NCBI GenBank assembly: GCA_964016885.1
Contig: OZ024740.1
Location: 304,358,001-304,422,000, forward strand
Source: Eledone cirrhosa
Taxonomy: Eukaryota
Direction of reading: 5' to 3'
DNA: 64,000 bases
The translations under genes were made by a program, and so were the position numbers. The number at the start of each line of letters is the position of its first letter. Position 1 is the first letter of the stretch. The notes under the pieces were generated by a model. That model saw only the letters and a program-made list of their open reading frames with translations, did not search any database and was not told where the DNA came from. This document shows positions 35,748 to 50,700 of this stretch, in pieces.

Positions 35748-38700
35748 GTAAAGTTGGGAATAGAAATATATTGGTGTAAAGTTGGGAATAGAAATATATT
35801 GGTATAAAGTTGGGAATAGAAATATATTGGTGTAAAATTGGGAATAGAAATATATTGGTATAAAGTTGGGAATAGAAATATATTGGTGTAAAGTTGGAAT
35901 AGAAATATAATGGTGTAAAGTTGGAATAGAAATATATTGGAGTAAAGTTGGGAATAGAAATATATTGGTGTAAAGTTGGAATAGAAATATAATGGTGTAA
36001 AGTTGGAATAGAAATATATTGGAGTAAAGTTGGGAATAGAAATATATTGGTGTAAAGTTGGGAATAGAAATATATTGGTATAAAGTTGGGAATAGAAATA
36101 TATTGGTGTAAAGTTGGGAATAGAAATATATTGGTATAAAGTTGGGAATAGAAATATATTGGTGTAAATTTGGAATAGAAATATATTGGTGTAAAGTTGG
36201 AATAGAAATATAATGGTGTAAAGTTGGAATAGAAATATATTGGAGTAAAGTTGGGAATAGAAATATATTGGTGTAAAGTTGGAATAGAAATATATTGGTG
36301 TAAAGTTGGGAATAGAAATATATTGGTGTAAAGTTGGAATAGAAATATATTGGTGTAAAGTTGGAATAGAAATATATTGGTGTAAAGTTGGAATAGAAAT
36401 ATATTGGTGTAAAGTTGGAATAGAAATATATTGGTGTAAAGTTGGAATAGAAATATATTGGTGTAAAGTTGGAATAGAAATATATTGGTGTAAAGTTGGA
36501 AATAGAAATATATTGGTGTAAATTTGGGAATAGAAATATATTGGTGTAAAGTTGGAAATAGAAATATATTGGTGTAAAGTTGGAATAGAAATATATTGGT
36601 GTAAAGTTGGGAATAGAAATATATTGGTGTAAAGTTGGAATAGAAATATATTGGTGTAAAGTTGGGAATAGAAATATATTGGTGTAAAGTTGGAAATAGA
36701 AATATATGTGGTGTAAAGTTGGAATAGAAATATATTGGTGTAAAGTTGGGAATAGAAATATATTGGTGTAAAGTTGGAATAGAAATATATTGGTGTAAAG
36801 TTGGAATAGAAATATATTGGTGTAAAGTTGCAATAGAAATATATTGGTGTAAATTTGGAAAATAGAAATATATTGGTGTAAAGTTGGGAATAGAAATACA
36901 TTGGTGTAAAGTTGGAATAGAAATATATTGGTGTAAAGTTGGGAATAGAAATATATTGGTGTAAAGTTGGAATAGAAATATATTGGTGTAAAGTTGGAAT
37001 AGAAATATATTGGTGTAAACTTGGAATATAAATATATTGGTGTAAAGTTGGAATAGAAATATATATGTGTAAAGTTGGGAATAGAAATATATTGGTGTAA
37101 ATTTGGGAATAGAAATATATTAGTGTAAAGTTGGAATAGAAATATATTGGAGTAAAGTTGGGAATAGAAATATATTGGTGTAAAGTTGGAATAGAAATAT
37201 ATTGGTGTAAAGTTGGAATAGAAATATATTGGTGTAAAGTTGGAATAGAAATATATTGGTGTAAATTTGGAATAGAAATATATTGGTGTAAAGTTGGAAA
37301 TAGAAATATATTGGTGTAAAGTTGGAAATAGAAATATATGTGCTGTAAAGTTGGAATAGAAATATATTGGTGTAAAGTTGGGAATAGAAATATATTGGTG
37401 TAAAGTTGGGAATAGAAATATATTGGTGTAAAGTTGGAATAGAAATATATTGGTGTAAAGTTGGAATAGAAATATATTGGTGTAAAGTTGCAATAGAAAT
37501 ATATTGGTGTAAATTTGGAAAATAGAAATATATTGGTGTAAAGTTGGGAATAGAAATACATTGGTGTAAATTTGGAATAGAAATATATTGGTGTAAAGTT
37601 GGGAATAGAAATATATTGGTGTAAAGTTGGAATAGAAATATATTGGTGTAAAGTTGGAATAGAAATATATTGGTGTAAAGTTGGAAATAGAAATATATGG
37701 TGTAAAGTTGGGAATAGAAATATATTGGTGTAAAGTTGGAAATAGAAATATATGTGGTGTAAAGTTGGAATAGAAATATATTGGTGTAAAGTTGGGAATA
37801 GAAATATATTGGTGTAAAGTTGGAATAGAAATATATTGGTGTAAAGTTGGAATAGAAATATATTGGTGTAAAGTTGCAATAGAAATATATTGGTGTAAAT
37901 TTGGAAAATAGAAATATATTGGTGTAAAGTTGGGAATAGAAATATATTGGTGTAAAGTTGGAATAGAAATATATTGGTGTAAAGTTGGATTAGAAATATA
38001 TTGGAGTAAAGTTGGAATAGAAATATATTGGAGTAAAGTTGGAATAGAAATATATTGGTGTAAAGTTGGGAATAGAAATATATTGGAGTAAAGTTGGAAT
38101 AGAAATATATTGGTGTAAAGTTGGATTAGAAATATATTGGAGTAAAGTTGGAATAGAAATATATTGGAGTAAAGTTGGAATAGAAATATATTGGTGTAAA
38201 GTTGGAATAGAAATATATTGGTGTAAAGTTGGAATAGAAATATATTGGTGTAAAGTTGGGAATAGAAATATATTGGTGTAAAGTTGGAATAGAAATATAT
38301 TGGTGTAAAGTTGGAATAGAATATATTGGTGTAAAGTTGGAATAGAAATATAATGGTGTAAAGTTGGAATAGAAATATATTGGAGTAAAGTTGGGAATAG
38401 AAATATATTGGTGTAAAGTTGGGAATAGAAATATAGTGGTATAAAGTTGGGAATAGAAATATATTGGTGTAAAGTTGGGAATAGAAATATATTGGTATAA
38501 AGTTGGGAATAGAAATATATTGGTGTAAATTTGGAATAGAAATATATTGGTGTAAAGTTGGAATAGAAATATAATGGTGTAAAGTTGGAATAGAAATATA
38601 TTGGAGTAAAGTTGGAATAGAAATATATTGGTGTAAAGTTGGAATAGAAATATATTGGTGTAAAGTTGGGAATAGAAATATATTGGTGTAAGGTTGGAAT

Positions 38701-41700
38701 AGAAATATATTAGTGTAAAGTTGGAATAGAAATATATTGGTGTAAAGTTGGAATAGAAATATATTGGTGTAAAGTTGGAATAGAAATATATTGGTGTAAA
38801 GTTGGAATAGAAATATATTGGTGTAAAGTTTGAATAGAAATATATTGGTGTAAAGTTGGAATAGAAATATATTGGTGTAAAGTTGGAAATAGAAATATAT
38901 TGGTGTAAATTTGGGAATAGAAATATATTGGTGTAAAGTTGGAAATAGAAATATATTGGTGTAAAGTTGGAATAGAAATATATTGGTGTAAAGTTGGGAA
39001 TAGAAATATATTGGTGTAAAGTTGGAATAGAAATATATTGGTGTAAAGTTGGGAATAGAAATATATTGGTGTAAAGTTGGAAATAGAAATATATGTGGTG
39101 TAAAGTTGGAATAGAAATATATTGGTGTAAAGTTGGATTAGAAATATATTGGAGTAAAGTTGGAATAGAAATATATTGGAGTAAAGTTGGAATAGAAATA
39201 TATTGGTGTAAAGTTGGGAATAGAAATATATTGGAGTAAAGTTGGAATAGAAATATATTGGTGTAAAGTTGGAATAGAAATATATTGGTGTAAAGTTGGA
39301 TTAGAAATATATTGGAGTAAAGTTGGAATAGAAATATATTGGAGTAAAGTTGGAATAGAAATATATTGGTGTAAAGTTGGAATAGAAATATAATGGTGTA
39401 AAGTTGGAATAGAAATATATTGGAGTAAAGTTGGGAATAGAAATATATTGGTGTAAAGTTGGGAATAGAAATATATTGGTATAAAGTTGGGAATAGAAAT
39501 ATATTGGTGTAAAGTTGGGAATAGAAATATATTGGTATAAAGTTGGGAATAGAAATATATTGGTGTAAATTTGGAATAGAAATATATTGGTGTAAAGTTG
39601 GAATAGAAATATAATGGTGTAAAGTTGGAATAGAAATATATTGGAGTAAAGTTGGGAATAGAAATATATTGGTGTAAAGTTGGAATAGAAATATATTGGT
39701 GTAAAGTTGGGAATAGAAATATATTGGTGTAAGGTTGGAATAGAAATATATTAGTGTAAAGTTGGAATAGAAATATATTGGTGTAAAGTTGGAATAGAAA
39801 TATATTGGTGTAAAGTTGGAAATAGAAATATATTGGTGTAAATTTGGGAATAGAAATATATTGGTGTAAAGTTGGAAATAGAAATATATTGGTGTAAAGT
39901 TGGAATAGAAATATATTGGTGTAAAGTTGGGAATAGAAATATATTGGTGTAAAGTTGGAATAGAAATATATTGGTGTAAAGTTGGGAATAGAAATATATT
40001 GGTGTAAAGTTGGAAATAGAAATATATGTGGTGTAAAGTTGGAATAGAAATATATTGGTGTAAAGTTGGGAATAGAAATATATTGGTGTAAAGTTGGAAT
40101 AGAAATATATTGGTGTAAAGTTGGAATAGAAATATATTGGTGTAAAGTTGCAATAGAAATATATTGGTGTAAATTTGGAAAATAGAAATATATTGGTGTA
40201 AAGTTGGGAATAGAAATACATTGGTGTAAAGTTGGAATAGAAATATATTGGTGTAAAGTTGGGAATAGAAATATATTGGTGTAAAGTTGGAATAGAAATA
40301 TATTGGTGTAAAGTTGGAATAGAAATATATTGGTGTAAACTTGGAATATAAATATATTGGTGTAAAGTTGGAATAGAAATATATATGTGTAAAGTTGGGA
40401 ATAGAAATATATTGGTGTAAATTTGGGAATAGAAATATATTAGTGTAAAGTTGGAATAGAAATATATTGGAGTAAAGTTGGGAATAGAAATATATTGGTG
40501 TAAAGTTGGAATAGAAATATATTGGTGTAAAGTTGGAATAGAAATATATTGGTGTAAAGTTGGAATAGAAATATATTGGTGTAAAGTTGGAATAGAAATA
40601 TATTGGTGTAAAGTTGGAAATAGAAATATATTGGTGTAAAGTTGGGAATAGAAATATATTGGTGTAAAGTTGGAAATAGAAATATATGTGGTGTAAAGTT
40701 GGAATAGAAATATATTGGTGTAAAGTTGGGAATAGAAATATATTGGTGTAAAGTTGGGAATAGAAATATATTGGTGTAAAGTTGGAATAGAAATATATTG
40801 GTGTAAAGTTGGAATAGAAATATATTGGTGTAAAGTTGCAATAGAAATATATTGGTGTAAATTTGGAAAATAGAAATATATTGGTGTAAAGTTGGGAATA
40901 GAAATACATTGGTGTAAAGTTGGAATAGAAATATATTGGTGTAAAGTTGGGAATAGAAATATATTGGTGTAAAGTTGGAATAGAAATATATTGGTGTAAA
41001 GTTGGATTAGAAATATATTGGAGTAAAGTTGGAATAGAAATATATTGGTGTAAAGTTGGAATAGAAATATGTTGGTGTAAATTTGGAATAGAAATATATT
41101 GGTGTAAAGTTGGTATAGAAATATATTGGTGTAAAGTTGGAATAGAAATAAATGGTGTAAAGTTGGAATAGAAATATATTGGTGTAAACTTGCAATATAA
41201 ATATATTGGTGTAAAGTTGGAATAGAAATATATATGTGTAAAGTTGGGAATAGAAATATATTGGTGTAAATTTGGGAATAGAAATATATTGGTGTTAAGT
41301 TGGAATAGAAATATATTGGAGTAAAGTTGGGAATAGAAATATATTGGTGTAAAGTTGGAATAGAAATATATTGGTGTAAAGTTGGAATAGAAATATATTG
41401 GTGTAAAGTTGGAATAGAAATATATTGGTGTAAAGTTGGAATAGAAATATATTGGTGTAAAGTTAGAAATAGAAATATATTGGTGTAAAGTTGGGAATAG
41501 AAATATATTGGTGTAAAGTTGGAAATAGAAATATATGTGGTGTAAAGTTGGAATAGAAATATATTGGTGTAAAGTTGGGAATAGAAATATATTGGTGTAA
41601 AGTTGGAATAGAAATATATTGGTGTAAAGTTGGAATAGAAATATATTGGTGTAAAGTTGCAATAGAAATATATTCGTGTAAATTTGGAAAATAGAAATAT

Positions 41701-44700
41701 ATTGGTGTAAAGTTGGGAATAGAAATACATTGGTGTAAAGTTGCAATAGAAATATATTGGTGTAAAGTTGGGAATAGAAATATATTGATTTAAAGTTGGA
41801 ATAGAAATATATTGGTGTAAAGTTGGATTAGAAATATATTGGAGTAAAGTTGGAATAGAAATATATTGGAGTAAAGTTGGAATAGAAATATATTGGTGTA
41901 AAGTTGGAATAGAAATATATTGGAGTAAAGTTGGAATAGAAATATATTGGTGTAAATTTGGAATAGAAATATATTGGTGTAAAGTTGGATTAGAAATATA
42001 TTGGAGTAAAGTTGGAATAGAAATATATTGGAGTAAAGTTGGAATAGAAATATATTGGTGTAAAGTTGGAATAGAAATATATTGGTGTAAAGTTGGAATA
42101 GAAATATATTGGTGTAAAGTTGGGAATAGAAATATATTGGTGTAAAGTTGGAATAGAAATATATTGGTGTAAAGTTGGAATAGAAATATATTGGTGTAAA
42201 GTTGGAATAGAAATATATTGGTGTAAAGTTGGAATAGAAATATATTGGTGTAAAGTTGGGAATAGAAATATATTGGTGTAAAGTTGGAATAGAAATATAT
42301 TGGTGTAAAGTTGGAATAGAAATATATTGGTGTAAAGTTGGAATAGAAATATATTGGTGTAAAGTTGGAATAGAAATATATTGGTGTAAAGTTGGGAATA
42401 GAAATATATTGGTGTAAAGTTGGAATAGAAATATATTGGAGTAAAGTTGGAATAGAAATATATTGGTGTAAAGTTGGAATAGAAAGATAGTGGAGTAAAG
42501 TTGGGAATAGAAATATATTGGTGTAAAGTTGGGAATAGAAATATATTGGTATAAAGTTGGGAATAGAAATATATTGGTGTAAAATTGGGAATAGAAATAT
42601 ATTGGTATAAAGTTGGGAATAGAAATATATTGGTGTAAAGTTGGAATAGAAATATAATGGTGTAAAGTTGGAATAGAAATATATTGGAGTAAAGTTGGGA
42701 ATAGAAATATATTGGTGTAAAGTTGGAATAGAAATATAATGGTGTAAAGTTGGAATAGAAAGATATTGGAGTAAAGTTGGGAATAGAAATATATTGGTGT
42801 AAAGTTGGGAATAGAAATATATTGGTATAAAGTTGGGAATAGAAATATATTGGTGTAAAGTTGGGAATAGAAATATATTGGTATAAAGTTGGGAATAGAA
42901 ATATATTGGTGTAAATTTGGAATAGAAATATATTGGTGTAAAGTTGGAATAGAAATATAATGGTGTAAAGTTGGAATAGAAATATATTGGAGTAAAGTTG
43001 GGAATAGAAATATATTGGTGTAAAGTTGGAATAGAAATATATTGGTGTAAAGTTGGGAATAGAAATATATTGGTGTAAGGTTGGAATAGAAATATATTAG
43101 TGTAAAGTTGGAATAGAAATATATTGGTGTAAAGTTGGAATAGAAATATATTGGTGTAAAGTTGGAATAGAAATATATTGGTGTAAAGTTGGAATAGAAA
43201 TATATTGGTGTAAAGTTGGAATAGAAATATATTGGTGTAAAGTTGGAAATAGAAATATATTGGTGTAAATTTGGGAATAGAAATATATTGGTGTAAAGTT
43301 GGAAATAGAAATATATTGGTGTAAAGTTGGAATAGAAATATATTGGTGTAAAGTTGGGAATAGAAATATATTGGTGTAAAGTTGGAATAGAAATATATTG
43401 GTGTAAAGTTGGGAATAGAAATATATTGGTGTAAAGTTGGAAATAGAAATATATGTGGTGTAAAGTTGGAATAGAAATATATTGGTGTAAAGTTGGGAAT
43501 AGAAATATATTGGTGTAAAGTTGGAATAGAAATATATTGGTGTAAAGTTGGAATAGAAATATATTGGTGTAAAGTTGCAATAGAAATATATTGGTGTAAA
43601 TTTGGAAAATAGAAATATATTGGTGTAAAGTTGGGAATAGAAATACATTGGTGTAAAGTTGGAATAGAAATATATTGGTGTAAAGTTGGGAATAGAAATA
43701 TATTGGTGTAAAGTTGGAATAGAAATATATTGGTGTAAAGTTGGAATAGAAATATATTGGTGTAAACTTGGAATATAAATATATTGGTGTAAAGTTGGAA
43801 TAGAAATATATATGTGTAAAGTTGGGAATAGAAATATATTGGTGTAAATTTGGGAATAGAAATATATTAGTGTAAAGTTGGAATAGAAATATATTGGAGT
43901 AAAGTTGGGAATAGAAATATATTGGTGTAAAGTTGGAATAGAAATATATTGGTGTAAAGTTGGAATAGAAATATATTGGTGTAAAGTTGGAATAGAAATA
44001 TATTGGTGTAAATTTGGAATAGAAATATATTGGTGTAAAGTTGGAAATAGAAATATATTGGTGTAAAGTTGGAAATAGAAATATATGTGCTGTAAAGTTG
44101 GAATAGAAATATATTGGTGTAAAGTTGGGAATAGAAATATATTGGTGTAAAGTTGGGAATAGAAATATATTGGTGTAAAGTTGGAATAGAAATATATTGG
44201 TGTAAAGTTGGAATAGAAATATATTGGTGTAAAGTTGCAATAGAAATATATTGGTGTAAATTTGGAAAATAGAAATATATTGGTGTAAAGTTGGGAATAG
44301 AAATACATTGGTGTAAATTTGGAATAGAAATATATTGGTGTAAAGTTGGGAATAGAAATATATTGGTGTAAAGTTGGAATAGAAATATATTGGTGTAAAG
44401 TTGGAATAGAAATATATTGGTGTAAAGTTGGAAATAGAAATATATTGGTGTAAAGTTGGGAATAGAAATATATTGGTGTAAAGTTGGAAATAGAAATATA
44501 TGTGGTGTAAAGTTGGAATAGAAATATATTGGTGTAAAGTTGGGAATAGAAATATATTGGTGTAAAGTTGGAATAGAAATATATTGGTGTAAAGTTGGAA
44601 TAGAAATATATTGGTGTAAAGTTGCAATAGAAATATATTGGTGTAAATTTGGAAAATAGAAATATATTGGTGTAAAGTTGGGAATAGAAATATATTGGTG

Positions 44701-47700
44701 TAAAGTTGGAATAGAAATATATTGGTGTAAAGTTGGATTAGAAATATATTGGAGTAAAGTTGGAATAGAAATATATTGGAGTAAAGTTGGAATAGAAATA
44801 TATTGGTGTAAAGTTGGGAATAGAAATATATTGGAGTAAAGTTGGAATAGAAATATATTGGTGTAAAGTTGGATTAGAAATATATTGGAGTAAAGTTGGA
44901 ATAGAAATATATTGGAGTAAAGTTGGAATAGAAATATATTGGTGTAAAGTTGGAATAGAAATATATTGGTGTAAAGTTGGAATAGAAATATATTGGTGTA
45001 AAGTTGGGAATAGAAATATATTGGTGTAAAGTTGGAATAGAAATATATTGGTGTAAAGTTGGAATAGAAATATATTGGTGTAAAGTTGGAATAGAAATAT
45101 ATTGGTGTAAAGTTGGAATAGAAATATATTGGTGTAAAGTTGGGAATAGAAATATATTGGTGTAAAGTTGGAATAGAAATATATTGGTGTAAAGTTGGAA
45201 TAGAAATATATTGGTGTAAAGCTGGAATAGAAATATATTGGTGTAAAGTTGGAATAGAAATATATTGGTGTAAAGTTGGGAATAGAAATATATTGGTTTA
45301 AAGTTGGAATAGAAATATATTGGAGTAAAGTTGGAATAGAAATATATTGGTGTAAAGTTGGAATAGAAATATATTGGTGTAAAGTTGGAATAGAAATATA
45401 TTGGTGTAAATTTGGAATAGAAATATGTTGGTGTAAATTTGGAATAGAAATATAATGGTGTAAAGTTGGAATAGAAAGATAGTGGAGTAAAGTTGGGAAT
45501 AGAAATATATTGGTGTAAAGTTGGGAATAGAAATATATTGGTATAAAGTTGGGAATAGAAATATATTGGTGTAAAATTGGGAATAGAAATATATTGGTGT
45601 AAAGTTGGAATAGAAATATATTGATGTAAAGTTGGGAATAGAAATATATTGGTGTAAAGTTGGAATAGAAATATATTGGTGTAAAGTTGGATTAGAAATA
45701 TATTGGAGTAAAGTTGGAATAGAAATATATTGGAGTAAAGTTGGAATAGAAATATATTGGTGTAAAGTTGGGAATAGAAATATATTGGAGTAAAGTTGGA
45801 ATAGAAATATATTGGTGTAAAGTTGGATTAGAAATATATTGGAGTAAAGTTGGAATAGAAATATATTGGAGTAAAGTTGGATTAGAAATATATTGGAGTA
45901 AAGTTGGAATAGAAATATATTGGTGTAAAGTTGGGAATAGAAATATATTGGAGTAAAGTTGGAATAGAAATATATTGGTGTAAAGTTGGATTAGAAATAT
46001 ATTGGAGTAAAGTTGGAATAGAAATATATTGGAGTAAAGTTGGAATAGAAATATATTGGTGTAAAGTTGGAATAGAAATATATTGGTGTAAAGTTGGAAT
46101 AGAAATATATTGGTGTAAAGTTGGGAATAGAAATATATTGGAGTAAAGTTGGAATAGAAATATATTGGTGTAAAGTTGGAATAGAAATATATTGGTGTAA
46201 AGTTGGAATAGAAATATATTGGTGTAAAGTTGGAATAGATATATATTGGTGTAAAGTTGGAATAGAAATATATTGGTGTAAAGTTGGAATAGAAATATGT
46301 TGGTGTAAATTTGGAATAGAAATATAATGGTGTAAAGTTGGAATAGAAATATATTGGAGTAAAGTTGGGAATAGAAATATATTGGTGTAAAGTAGGAATA
46401 GAAATATAATGGTGTAAAGTTGGAATAGAAATATATTGGAGTAAAGTTGGGAATAGAAATATATTGGTGTAAAGTTGGGAATAGAAATATATTGGTATAA
46501 AGTTGGGAATAGAAATATATTAGTGTAAAGTTGGAATAGAAATATATTGGTGTAAAGTTGGAATAGAAATATATTGGTGTAAAGTTGGAATAGAAATATA
46601 TTGGTGTAAAGTTGGAATAGAAATATATTGGTGTAAAGTTGGAATAGAAATATATTGGTGTAAAGTTGGAAATAGAAATATATTGGTGTAAATTTGGGAA
46701 TAGAAATATATTGGTGTAAAGTTGGAAATAGAAATATATTGGTGTAAAGTTGGAATAGAAATATATTGGTGTAAAGTTGGGAATAGAAATATATTGGTGT
46801 AAAGTTGGAATAGAAATATATTGGTGTAAAGTTGGGAATAGAAATATATTGGTGTAAAGTTGGAAATAGAAATATATGTGGTGTAAAGTTGGAATAGAAA
46901 TATATTGGTGTAAAGTTGGGAATAGAAATATATTGGTGTAAAGTTGGAATAGAAATACATTGGTGTAAAGTTGGAATAGAAATATATTGGTGTAAAGTTG
47001 GGAATAGAAATATATTGGTGTAAAGTTGGAATAGAAATATATTGGTGTAAAGTTGGATTAGAAATATATTGGAGTAAAGTTGGAATAGAAATATATTGGA
47101 GTAAAGTTGGAATAGAAATATATTGGTGTAAAGTTGGGAATAGAAATATATTGGAGTAAAGTTGGAATAGAAATATATTGGTGTAAAGTTGGATTAGAAA
47201 TATATTGGAGTAAAGTTGGAATAGAAATATATTGGAGTAAAGTTGGAATAGAAATATATTGGTGTAAAGTTGGAATAGAAATATATTGGTGTAAAGTTGG
47301 AATAGAAATATATTGGTGTAAAGTTGGGAATAGAAATATATTGGTGTAAAGTTGGAATAGAAATATATTGGTGTAAAGTTGGAATAGAAATATATTGGTG
47401 TAAAGTTGGAATAGAAATATATTGGTGTAAAGTTGGAATAGAAATATATTGGTGTAAAGTTGGAATAGAAATATATTGGTGTAAAGTTGGAATAGAAATA
47501 TATTGGTGTAAAGTTGGAATAGAAATATATTGGTGTAAAGTTGGAATAGAAATATGTTGGTGTAAATTTGGAATAGAAATATAATGGTGTAAATTTGGAA
47601 TAGAAAGATAGTGGAGTAAAGTTGGGAATAGAAATATATTGGTGTAAAGTTGGGAATAGAAATATATTGGTATAAAGTTGGGAATAGAAATATATTGGTG

Positions 47701-50700
47701 TAAAATTGGGAATAGAAATATATTGGTATAAAGTTGGGAATAGAAATATATTGGTGTAAAGTTGGAATAGAAATATAATGGTGTAAAGTTGGAATAGAAA
47801 TATATTGGAGTAAAGTTGGGAATAGAAATATATTGGTGTAAAGTAGGAATAGAAATATAATGGTGTAAAGTTGGAATAGAAATATATTGGAGTAAAGTTG
47901 GGAATAGAAATATATTGGTGTAAAGTTGGGAATAGAAATATATTGGTATAAAGTTGGGAATAGAAATATATTGGTGTAAAGTTGGGAATAGAAATATATT
48001 GGTATAAAGTTGGGAATAGAAATATATTGGTGTAAATTTGGAATAGAAATATATTGGTGTAAAGTTGGAATAGAAATATAATGGTGTAAAGTTGGAATAG
48101 AAATATATTGGAGTAAAGTTGGGAATAGAAATATATTGGTGTAAAGTTGGAATAGAAATATATTGGTGTAAAGTTGGGAATAGAAATATATTGGTGTAAG
48201 GTTGGAATAGAAATATATTAGTGTAAAGTTGGAATAGAAATATATTGGTGTAAAGTTGGAATAGAAATATATTGGTGTAAATTTGGAATAGAAATATATT
48301 GGTGTAAAGTTGGAATAGAAATATATTGGTGTAAAGTTGGAATAGAAATATATTGGTGTAAAATTGGGAATAGAAATATATTGGTGTAAAGTTGGGAATA
48401 GAAATATATTGGAGTAAAGTTGGGAATAAAAATATAATGGAGTAAAGTTGGGAATAGAAATATATTGGAGTAAAGTTGGGAATAGAAATATATTGGTGTA
48501 AAGTTGGAATAGAAATATATTGGTGTAAAGTTGGAATAGAAATATATTGGAGTAAAGTTGGAATAGAAATATATTGGTGTAAAGTTGGGAATAGAAATAT
48601 ATTGGTGTAAAGTTGGAATAGAAATATATTGGTGTAAAGTTGGAATAGAAATATATTGGTGTAAAGTTGCAATAGAAATATGTTGGTGTAAATTTGGAAA
48701 ATAGAAATATATTGGTGTAAAGTTGGGAATAGAAATATATTGGTGTAAAGTTGGAATAGAAATATATTGGTGTAAAGTTGGAATAGAAATATATTGGTGT
48801 AAAGTTGCAATAGAAATATATTGGTGTAAATTTGGAAAATAGAAATATATTGGTGTAAAGTTGGGAATAGAAATATATTGGTGTAAAGTTGGAATAGAAA
48901 TATATTGGTGTAAAGTTGGATTAGAAATATATTGGAGTAAAGTTGGAATAGAAATATATTGGAGTAAAGTTGGAATAGAAATATATTGGTGTAAAGTTGG
49001 GAATAGAAATATATTGGAGTAAAGTTGGAATAGAAATATATTGGTGTAAAGTTGGAATAGAAATATATTGGTGTAAAGTTGGATTAGAAATATATTGGAG
49101 TAAAGTTGGAATAGAAATATATTGGAGTAAAGTTGGAATAGAAATATATTGGTGTAAAGTTGGAATAGAAATATATTGGTGTAAAGTTGGAATAGAAATC
49201 TATTGGTGTAAAGTTGGGAATAGAAATATATTGGTGTAAAGTTGGAATAGAAATATATTGGTGTAAAGTTGGAATAGAAATATATTGGTGTAAAGTTGGA
49301 ATAGAAATATATTGGTGTAAAGTTGGAATAGAAATATATTGGTGTAAAGTTGGGAATAGAAATATATTGGTGTAAAGTTGGAATAGAAATATATTGGTGT
49401 AAAGTTGGAATAGAAATATATTGGTGTAAAGTTGGAATAGAAATATATTGGTGTAAAGTTGGAATAGAAACATATTGGTGTAAAGTTGGGAATAGAAATA
49501 TATTGGTTTAAAGTTGGAATAGAAATATATTGGAGTAAAGTTGGAATAGAAATATATTGGTGTAAAGTTGGAATAGAAATATATTGGTGTAAAGTTGGAA
49601 TAGAAATATATTGGTGTAAATTTGGAATAGAAATATGTTGGTGTAAATTTGGAATAGAAATATAATGGTGTAAAGTTGGAATAGAAAGATAGTGGAGTAA
49701 AGTTGGGAATAGAAATATATTGGTGTAAAGTTGGGAATAGAAATATATTGGTATAAAGTTGGGAATAGAAATATATTGGTGTAAAATTGGGAATAGAAAT
49801 ATATTGGTGTAAAGTTGGAATAGAAATATATTGATGTAAAGTTGGGAATAGAAATATATTGGTGTAAAGTTGGAATAGAAATATATTGGTGTAAAGTTGG
49901 ATTAGAAATATATTGGAGTAAAGTTGGAATAGAAATATATTGGAGTAAAGTTGGAATAGAAATATATTGGTGTAAAGTTGGGAATAGAAATATATTGGAG
50001 TAAAGTTGGAATAGAAATATATTGGTGTAAAGTTGGATTAGAAATATATTGGAGTAAAGTTGGAATAGAAATATATTGGAGTAAAGTTGGATTAGAAATA
50101 TATTGGAGTAAAGTTGGAATAGAAATATATTGGTGTAAAGTTGGGAATAGAAATATATTGGAGTAAAGTTGGAATAGAAATATATTGGTGTAAAGTTGGA
50201 TTAGAAATATATTGGAGTAAAGTTGGAATAGAAATATATTGGAGTAAAGTTGGAATAGAAATATATTGGTGTAAAGTTGGAATAGAAATATATTGGTGTA
50301 AAGTTGGAATAGAAATATATTGGTGTAAAGTTGGGAATAGAAATATATTGGTGTAAAGTTGGAATAGAAATATATTGGTGTAAAGTTGGAATAGAAATAT
50401 ATTGGTGTAAAGTTGGAATAGAAATATATTGGTGTAAAGTTGGAATAGATATATATTGGTGTAAAGTTGGAATAGAAATATATTGGTGTAAAGTTGGAAT
50501 AGAAATATGTTGGTGTAAATTTGGAATAGAAATATAATGGTGTAAAGTTGGAATAGAAATATATTGGAGTAAAGTTGGGAATAGAAATATATTGGTGTAA
50601 AGTAGGAATAGAAATATAATGGTGTAAAGTTGGAATAGAAATATATTGGAGTAAAGTTGGGAATAGAAATATATTGGTGTAAAGTTGGGAATAGAAATAT

